DNA of 64,000 nucleotides from Acidimicrobiales bacterium (GTDB lineage Bacteria; Actinomycetota; Acidimicrobiia; Acidimicrobiales; CATQHL01): NCBI GenBank assembly GCA_965242895.1, contig OZ251507.1, positions 2,592,286 to 2,656,285 of the forward strand, read 5' to 3'. Shown piece by piece: positions 58,830 to 64,000 of this stretch (position 1 is its first letter; each line of letters starts with the position of its first letter). The notes under the pieces were generated by a model. It saw only the letters and a program-made list of their open reading frames with translations, ran no database searches and was not told where the DNA came from. The position numbers and the translations under genes were made by a program.

Positions 58830-59744
58830 CTAGCGCCGCTGGTTTCCGCTGATGCTGTCTGCTCGGAGGTCTGTCTCCGGCGGTGCTCCGTTGCCGGCTT
58901 CGCCGCCGGTTCCGTCTCCCAGTCCCTCGAGGAGGTGACCTAGGCGGTCGCGTTTGGTGGTCAGATAGCGGAGGTTTTCGGGATTGGGATCGGTCTGCAC
59001 CGGTATTCGTTCTGAGACGCTTATTCCGTTCTCCAGCAGTCCGGCCACTTTGTCGAGGTTATTGGTCAGGAGCCGAACCGAGCGGACACCCAGGTCGGCC
59101 AGGATCGCCGCAGCCAGGGCGTAGCTGCGCCCGTCTGCCGGCAGACCTTGCCGCAGGTTGGCGTCGACCGTGTCGGCTCCTTCGTCCTGGAGGGTGTAGG
59201 CCTTGAACTTCTTGGCTAAGCCCACGCCGCGGCCTTCGTGAGCACGCAGGTATACGAGCACGCCCTCGCCTTCTTTTGCGATGAAGCGCAGGGAGGACTG
59301 CAGCTGTTCTCCGCAGTCGCAGCGCAGGGAGCCGAGCAGGTCTCCGGTGGCGCACTCGGAGTGGATGCGCACTAGGACGGGGTTGACGGGCTGGGCAGGG
59401 TCGGCAGGGTCGGCAGTCTGGGCAGCCTCGACGGCCTGGAGGGGGTCGGCTGCCTGGGCAGCCTGAATGGGGTCGGCAGGGTCGGCTGCCTCGGCGGGGT
59501 CGGTTGGCTGGACGGGGTCGCCCAGCACACAGACCATGTGTTCGGTTGGATGCTGCTCTTCTCCCCCTTGAGCGGATCGGCAGTCCTTCCCCGAAGCTAT
59601 CGAAGGGGCGCTAGGGGCGCTGCGGTAGGAGAAGACGCGGAATTCTCCGTGCGGCGTGGGCACTCTGGCCGAGCCCAGGCGTTCTACGCCGTTGAGGCGC
59701 GGGTGAAGCTCTTGTGCGTTGCTCTTGTGCATGGTCTGCTGCAT
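58830..59744 (-). CDS. ribA: GTP cyclohydrolase II
   Basis: [55 protein letters not shown] and VRLLTNN. It contains a DPA/AQ-rich insertion upstream of the core. Confidence 0.85.
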   Translation of the reverse strand: MQQTMHKSNAQELHPRLNGVERLGSARVPTPHGEFRVFSYRSAPSAPSIASGKDCRSAQGGEEQHPTEHMVCVLGDPVQPTDPAEAADPADPIQAAQAADPLQAVEAAQTADPADPAQPVNPVLVRIHSECATGDLLGSLRCDCGEQLQSSLRFIAKEGEGVLVYLRAHEGRGVGLAKKFKAYTLQDEGADTVDANLRQGLPADGRSYALAAAILADLGVRSVRLLTNNLDKVAGLLENGISVSERIPVQTDPNPENLRYLTTKRDRLGHLLEGLGDGTGGEAGNGAPPETDLRADSISGNQRR

Positions 59745-59905
59745 GGTCTGCCCGTTGAGTGCCTGAGATCGTTTGCGGGTTCCGATGGTCGTGAAAACCT
59801 GCCCGCACGGTACAGAGGCTAGAGGTCGCCCGACGCAGCCGGACTTCAGCAGGGACGCAGCCGGACTTTGGAATGGCTCCCGCAGGACGGCGTAGAGTTA
59901 GGGCA

Positions 59906-60949
59906 ATGTTCGGGACGACAGAACCAAAAGTAGACCTCTACAGCGACACCCAGACCAAGCCCACCTCGGCTATGCGCCGGGCGATCGCGGAAGCCGAAGT
60001 AGGCGACGAACAGCAGGACAGAGACCCCACGGTCAACCGCCTGCGTGCGCGAATGGCCGAACTGCTAGGGCACGAGGACGCTTTGTTCCTTCCCACAGGG
60101 ACGATGTGCAATCTGGTGGCCGTCGCCGTGCACACCACACCCGGCGACAGCATCGTGGCTGACGACCGCAGCCACATAGTCCGTTCCGAGACGGGCGGCG
60201 CCGCTGCGGTCTCCGGCGTGATCACCGACCTGTTACCTGGCGTGAGAGGCCAGTTCAGCGCAGAAGACCTACGTGTTGCGCTCGCGCCTGGGCACATCTA
60301 TCGGCCGTCCCCCCGCTTGGTCTGCCTGGAGCAGACGCACAACTTCGGCGGCGGCGCAGTCTGGCCGCTGGAGCGCTATCGAGAGACGGCGAAGATCGCC
60401 CGCCAGCATTCTGCGTCCGTGCACACCGACGGGGCGCGCCTTTTCAATGCGACAGTGGCCACCGGCACCGACCCGATCCTCTGGGGCGAAGAGGTGGACA
60501 GCATCTGGGTGGATTTCACGAAAGGCCTGGGTGCGCCCTTGGGGGCGGTTCTTGTGGGGTCTCGTGAGTTCATTGCCGAGGCCAGGGTGCACAAGCACCG
60601 CCATGGCGGGGCGATGCGCCAGGCCGGCATCGCAGCGGCGGCGTGCTTGTATGCCCTGGAGCACCACGTCGAGCGTCTCGCCGAAGACCACCTCAACGCT
60701 GCCCGCCTGGCCGAAGGTCTCGGGGCGCTGGGGCTGGAGACGTCTCCGGTGCAGACGAACATGGTTTGGATAGACGTTTCGTCGACTTCCGTTTCGGCGG
60801 CGGAGTTCTTGGAGCGCCTGGCCGCCCGGGGAGTCAGGATGAGCAGGGTGGAGGAGGACGTGCGGGCGGTCACGCATCTGGACATTTCTGCCGCCGACGT
60901 GGATACGGCCGTCGAGGCTGTGGGGAAGGTGCTGGATTCGCTCTCCTAG
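59906..60949 (+). CDS. ltaE: Low-specificity threonine aldolase (beta-eliminating lyase fold)
   Basis: VDLYSDTQTKPTSAMRRAIAEAEVGDEQQDRDPTVNRL, GTMCNLVA, LEQTHNFGGG and DFTKGLGAPLGAV (PLP lysine). Start set at MFGTTEP (ATG 59906), in frame with the ORF-track start at 59873. Confidence 0.8.
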   Translation: MFGTTEPKVDLYSDTQTKPTSAMRRAIAEAEVGDEQQDRDPTVNRLRARMAELLGHEDALFLPTGTMCNLVAVAVHTTPGDSIVADDRSHIVRSETGGAAAVSGVITDLLPGVRGQFSAEDLRVALAPGHIYRPSPRLVCLEQTHNFGGGAVWPLERYRETAKIARQHSASVHTDGARLFNATVATGTDPILWGEEVDSIWVDFTKGLGAPLGAVLVGSREFIAEARVHKHRHGGAMRQAGIAAAACLYALEHHVERLAEDHLNAARLAEGLGALGLETSPVQTNMVWIDVSSTSVSAAEFLERLAARGVRMSRVEEDVRAVTHLDISAADVDTAVEAVGKVLDSLS

Positions 60950-61004
60950 TTTCGAAGCATCCGGGCCGGCAGGCTGCGTCCTGCTTCCCTTTGCGGCGCA
61001 TCTG

Positions 61005-62285
61005 GTGCGTCAAGACTGGGCCCGGAGGGTGGTCTCACCTTCCTATGACGGGCTGGCGCCGGCGCAGCGTCGGCAGATTCTGGCAGAAAATCCCTACCTG
61101 TTCGCAAACGCGATCCTTTCAGCGGACGTAACCGGCGACCGTTACAGCCCGGCTGAGCTGGCTGTGAAGAACCGGCAAACCGTCGAGCGTCTTCTAGCGG
61201 CGGGCGCTTTTGCGCCCCCGAGTGGTCGGGCGCACTTCGTCTACCGGCTGGAGGGTTACGGACACACTCAGACGGGACTGGTCGGCCTCCTGCCGCTAGA
61301 CCTCCACCGCTCAGGGCGGCTGCGCGCCCACGAGGGCACCGAGGCGAAGCGCCAGGCATTGCTGCAGCTTCACCTGCAGAGGGTGGGCGTCCAGTCCAGT
61401 CCTATAGGGATGTTTCACAGGAGCCTGCCGGAGGTGAAGGCTGTCTTGAGCGAGACGACCGAGACGCAGCCGATCCTGGCTTTCAGCGACATACACGACG
61501 TGCGTCAGACGATCTGGAAGGTTTGCGGTGCGGAGGCCATAAGACGCCTGAACGACGCCCTGGCGGGAGAGAACCTCTACTTGACCGACGGGCATCACCG
61601 CCTGGGTGCGGCTTTGGCGCACAGCGACGCCATTTCCGGCGGCTCCGGCGGGCGGGTTCGGGTTTCCGGCGACTTGATGCCCAGCGATTTCATTCTGGCG
61701 GTGTTGTTCTCCCAGGAGGAGATACGGGCCATGGGGTTTCATCGGGTCGTGAGGCTGCCCGAAGGCTGGGGGCACGAGCGCCTGGCGGAGCGGCTGCGAG
61801 CGCTGGGGGAGTTGCTGCCGATGAGCGGCGCGGGCGATTCGCTGGAGAGCGGGCGCTTTGGCGTCTTCCTCGGGGGGATGTGGCACCAGTTCGTTCCCGA
61901 GAAGGCGCCCGAAGGTCTCGACGTGACCTGGCTGCAGGAGGTGGTTCTGCAGGGAGTTCTGGGGATGGACGCCGGGGAGATAGGGAAGCGGGTGGAGTTT
62001 CTTCCTGGACGCCCACCCATGCCCCATCAGACGGGCGATGCTGCGACGGAGCCCCTGAAGGTGTTGGAAGAACGCTGCAAAGAGCACGGCGGCGTCGGGT
62101 TCGCCCTTCATCCGGTTCCCTTGGCGGCTCTGAAGCGGCTCTGCGACGCCGGGGAACTGATGCCTCCCAAGTCCACATTCTTCCATCCCAAGCCGCGTTC
62201 CGGGGTGTTCATGCGATTTCTCCGGCATCCGCCGGACGGGGTCGATCTCGACCCAGAAGACCTCAAGATTTCCGAAACCACTTGA
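61005..62285 (+). CDS. DUF1015 family protein
   Basis: Length and the motifs YLTDGHHRLGAAL, FHPKPRSGVF and HPVPLAALKRLCDAGELMPPKSTFF match DUF1015 as I recall it. Confidence 0.65.
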   Translation: MRQDWARRVVSPSYDGLAPAQRRQILAENPYLFANAILSADVTGDRYSPAELAVKNRQTVERLLAAGAFAPPSGRAHFVYRLEGYGHTQTGLVGLLPLDLHRSGRLRAHEGTEAKRQALLQLHLQRVGVQSSPIGMFHRSLPEVKAVLSETTETQPILAFSDIHDVRQTIWKVCGAEAIRRLNDALAGENLYLTDGHHRLGAALAHSDAISGGSGGRVRVSGDLMPSDFILAVLFSQEEIRAMGFHRVVRLPEGWGHERLAERLRALGELLPMSGAGDSLESGRFGVFLGGMWHQFVPEKAPEGLDVTWLQEVVLQGVLGMDAGEIGKRVEFLPGRPPMPHQTGDAATEPLKVLEERCKEHGGVGFALHPVPLAALKRLCDAGELMPPKSTFFHPKPRSGVFMRFLRHPPDGVDLDPEDLKISETT

Positions 62286-62297
62286 CAGGGCGGGGGG

Positions 62298-63023
62298 ATG
62301 GTCGGGACGCAGTTGAGGAGCGCCGAAGGTTCCGGAGGTTCCGGGAAGGTCAGCCGTCTAGCCGACGATCCGTATCGCCAGAGTTCCCTGAACCCTCCCT
62401 CTCTCAGGGGTTGGAGCCATCTTCTTGCCGCCCCCTTCGCTGCGGCTGGGTTCGTCTACCTGCTGGTGCGCGCCCCGGCGGGCGGGAGCAGGGCGGTGCT
62501 CGCCCTCTACGGCTGGTCGCTGCTTCAGATGTTTCTGGCGAGCGCCGTTTTCCACCGCAGGCGCTGGAGCGACGCCGGCTGGCTGATCATGCGAAAGATC
62601 GACCACCTGGCCATTTTTCTTCTCATAGCCGGAAGCAACGCCGCCATCATCGGATTAGGAGCGGAAGGAGCCGCCAGGGTGTGGGTTCCTGGCTTGGCGC
62701 TCGCCCTGATCGCAGTAGGGATCGTCCTGCGCATGTTCATCGTTTACCCGCCCTTCGGGCTCATGAACGGAGTCTTTCTGGCGGTCGGCGGCGTGGGTCT
62801 GTTCGCATTGCCGAGCCTGACCAGGAATCTGGGAGCCCTAGCAGCCGTTCTTATAGTCGTCGGCGTGGTTCTCTACGGGGCAGGGGCGCTGTGCTTAGGG
62901 GCGCGATTCCCTGCGCCGCAGGCGAAAACTTTCGGCTATCACGAGGTGTGGCATCTGAACGTGATCGGCGCAGCGGCCTGCCACTACTGCGTTGTGGCGT
63001 TCTGGATACTTCCCTCTTTGTGA
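62298..63023 (+). CDS. Hemolysin III / PAQR-family membrane protein
   Basis: Seven hydrophobic segments with SLRGWSHLLAAP, FHRRRWS, RKIDHLAIFLLIAGS and YHEVWHLNVIGAAACHY. Confidence 0.8.
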   Translation: MVGTQLRSAEGSGGSGKVSRLADDPYRQSSLNPPSLRGWSHLLAAPFAAAGFVYLLVRAPAGGSRAVLALYGWSLLQMFLASAVFHRRRWSDAGWLIMRKIDHLAIFLLIAGSNAAIIGLGAEGAARVWVPGLALALIAVGIVLRMFIVYPPFGLMNGVFLAVGGVGLFALPSLTRNLGALAAVLIVVGVVLYGAGALCLGARFPAPQAKTFGYHEVWHLNVIGAAACHYCVVAFWILPSL

Positions 63024-63102
63024 TGCCGTGATGCCTGCCGTCGGCTGCCGCTCAAGCCCCCCTCTGGCTGGGCCGTTCACGGAAAGGGAAGCCGAGTAAG
63101 CC

Positions 63103-63993
63103 GTGGAGACTGGGGAAGCCGTAGAAACCGAACAGGGCGCTGGAGAAAACTCGCAGCCGATGACCTCAGAAGACCTCAGGGCGGCAGAGTCGGGAAAGGC
63201 TGCGGACAGGTACACGGTCGGAGTAGGCCCGCACGGACTGCCGTGGCCAGACGATCCTCGCCTGGATCCCAAACTGCTGGCGGAGGGCGACCGTCGGAAC
63301 GTCGTCGATCGCTACCGCTACTGGCAGCACAAAGCCATCGTGGAGGACTTGAAGAGCCGGCGTCACCCCTTCCATGTAGCCATCGAGAACTGGCGGCACG
63401 ATCTAAACATCGGAGCCGCTGTGCGGAACGCCAACGCTTTCGGGGCGCAGGCGGTTCACATAGTCGGGCGTAGGCGCTGGAACCGTCGCGGAGCCATGGT
63501 GACCGACCGCTACCAGGACGTCCGACACCACGAGAGAGTGTCCGACTTGAAAACCTGGGCGGAGGGGGAGGATCTGGAGGTGGTCGGAATCGACAACCTC
63601 CCTGGGGCGGTTGCCCTAGAGACGAACGGGCTGCCTCTGCGCTGCGTGCTCTTCTTCGGTCAGGAAGGCCCAGGGTTGTCGCCCGAGGCCGTGGAGGTCT
63701 GTGATTCGATGCGCTGCATAAGCCAGTTCGGCTCCACTCGCTCAATCAACGCCGGAGTGGCCAGCGGTATCGCCATGTACGCATGGGTCTTGCGGCACGT
63801 GTTCGGAGAGGAGCCAGCAGGGGCGCAGCGGCGCCAGCGGGGGCGCAGGGGCGCCAGCGGGGGCGCGGGGGCGCAGCAGGGGCGCAGCGGCTTCGGGAGG
63901 ATTTTCCTGACCGAAGCGTCTGAGAACGAAGTGTCTGAGGCTGAAGTGCCTGAGGCTGTAGCCTCATCCGCAGAGGAGCGGACGCATCGTTAG
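63103..63993 (+). CDS. SpoU/TrmH-family RNA 2'-O-methyltransferase
   Basis: NIGAAVRNANAFGAQAVHIVG, LFFGQEGPGLS and STRSINAGVASGIAMY. The C-terminus is a low-complexity tail. Confidence 0.8.
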   Translation: METGEAVETEQGAGENSQPMTSEDLRAAESGKAADRYTVGVGPHGLPWPDDPRLDPKLLAEGDRRNVVDRYRYWQHKAIVEDLKSRRHPFHVAIENWRHDLNIGAAVRNANAFGAQAVHIVGRRRWNRRGAMVTDRYQDVRHHERVSDLKTWAEGEDLEVVGIDNLPGAVALETNGLPLRCVLFFGQEGPGLSPEAVEVCDSMRCISQFGSTRSINAGVASGIAMYAWVLRHVFGEEPAGAQRRQRGRRGASGGAGAQQGRSGFGRIFLTEASENEVSEAEVPEAVASSAEERTHR

Positions 63994-64000
63994 AGGGCGG

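Noticed and set aside
59745-59905. Possible FMN (RFN) riboswitch upstream of ribA, or another leader in the ribA/ltaE divergent region.
   Set aside because: The gap is short (~130-160 nt), and I could not find the conserved RFN core segments on the ribA strand. Only a direct repeat AAGTCCGGCTGCGTC x2 is visible, which may be an operator. That is not enough for a call.

Overview
This 64-kb window comes from a high-GC chromosome that looks actinobacterial. That assignment is an inference from a DUF222-HNH gene, MIRU-like minisatellites and GC-rich codon usage.

Left half (1-34.2 kb), accessory DNA:
- An RM-like DUF1156 methyltransferase / HEPN-DUF499 ATPase defence locus. The methyltransferase is present as three tandem paralogues: one is cut by the window edge, one has the catalytic motif changed from DPPY to DPPN, and one carries an in-frame (AG)21 tract. 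An XRE-ImmA/IrrE regulator sits between methylases and ATPase, and no helicase is seen.
- An AT-richer island of about 18 kb (13.2-31.6 kb). It holds three copies of a two-gene module I cannot assign to any family: a ~205-aa helical protein translationally coupled to a ~1,122-1,141-aa all-helical protein whose N-terminus is homologous to the small partner. It also holds a DUF488 gene and a four-gene operon (TIR-like / TIR / SLOG-like / TIR-like) with no recognisable effector. Fragments of DUF488, SLOG-like, DUF499 and small-partner genes show the island was built by duplication and recombination.
- A repeat-dense non-coding stretch and two small membrane-protein genes (31.6-34.2 kb).

Right half (34.5-64 kb), core genes: a ZnuABC-type metal transporter with Zur, a PatB/MalY-type aminotransferase, a DUF222-HNH endonuclease, the merR-menF-menD-menC and menB menaquinone genes, an M23 peptidase, pncB/pncA, ribA, a threonine aldolase, DUF1015, a hemolysin-III family protein and a TrmH-family methyltransferase.

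Cross-cutting oddity: many tandem duplications have an exact or near 72-bp period, and several of them duplicate the 5' ends of genes.

The best candidates for an undescribed system are the small+large helical module (three copies) and the adjacent effector-less TIR/SLOG operon, possibly acting together.

Limits: all family calls come from motif recognition by eye. No HMM, BLAST or structure search was run, and identity and GC figures are visual estimates.
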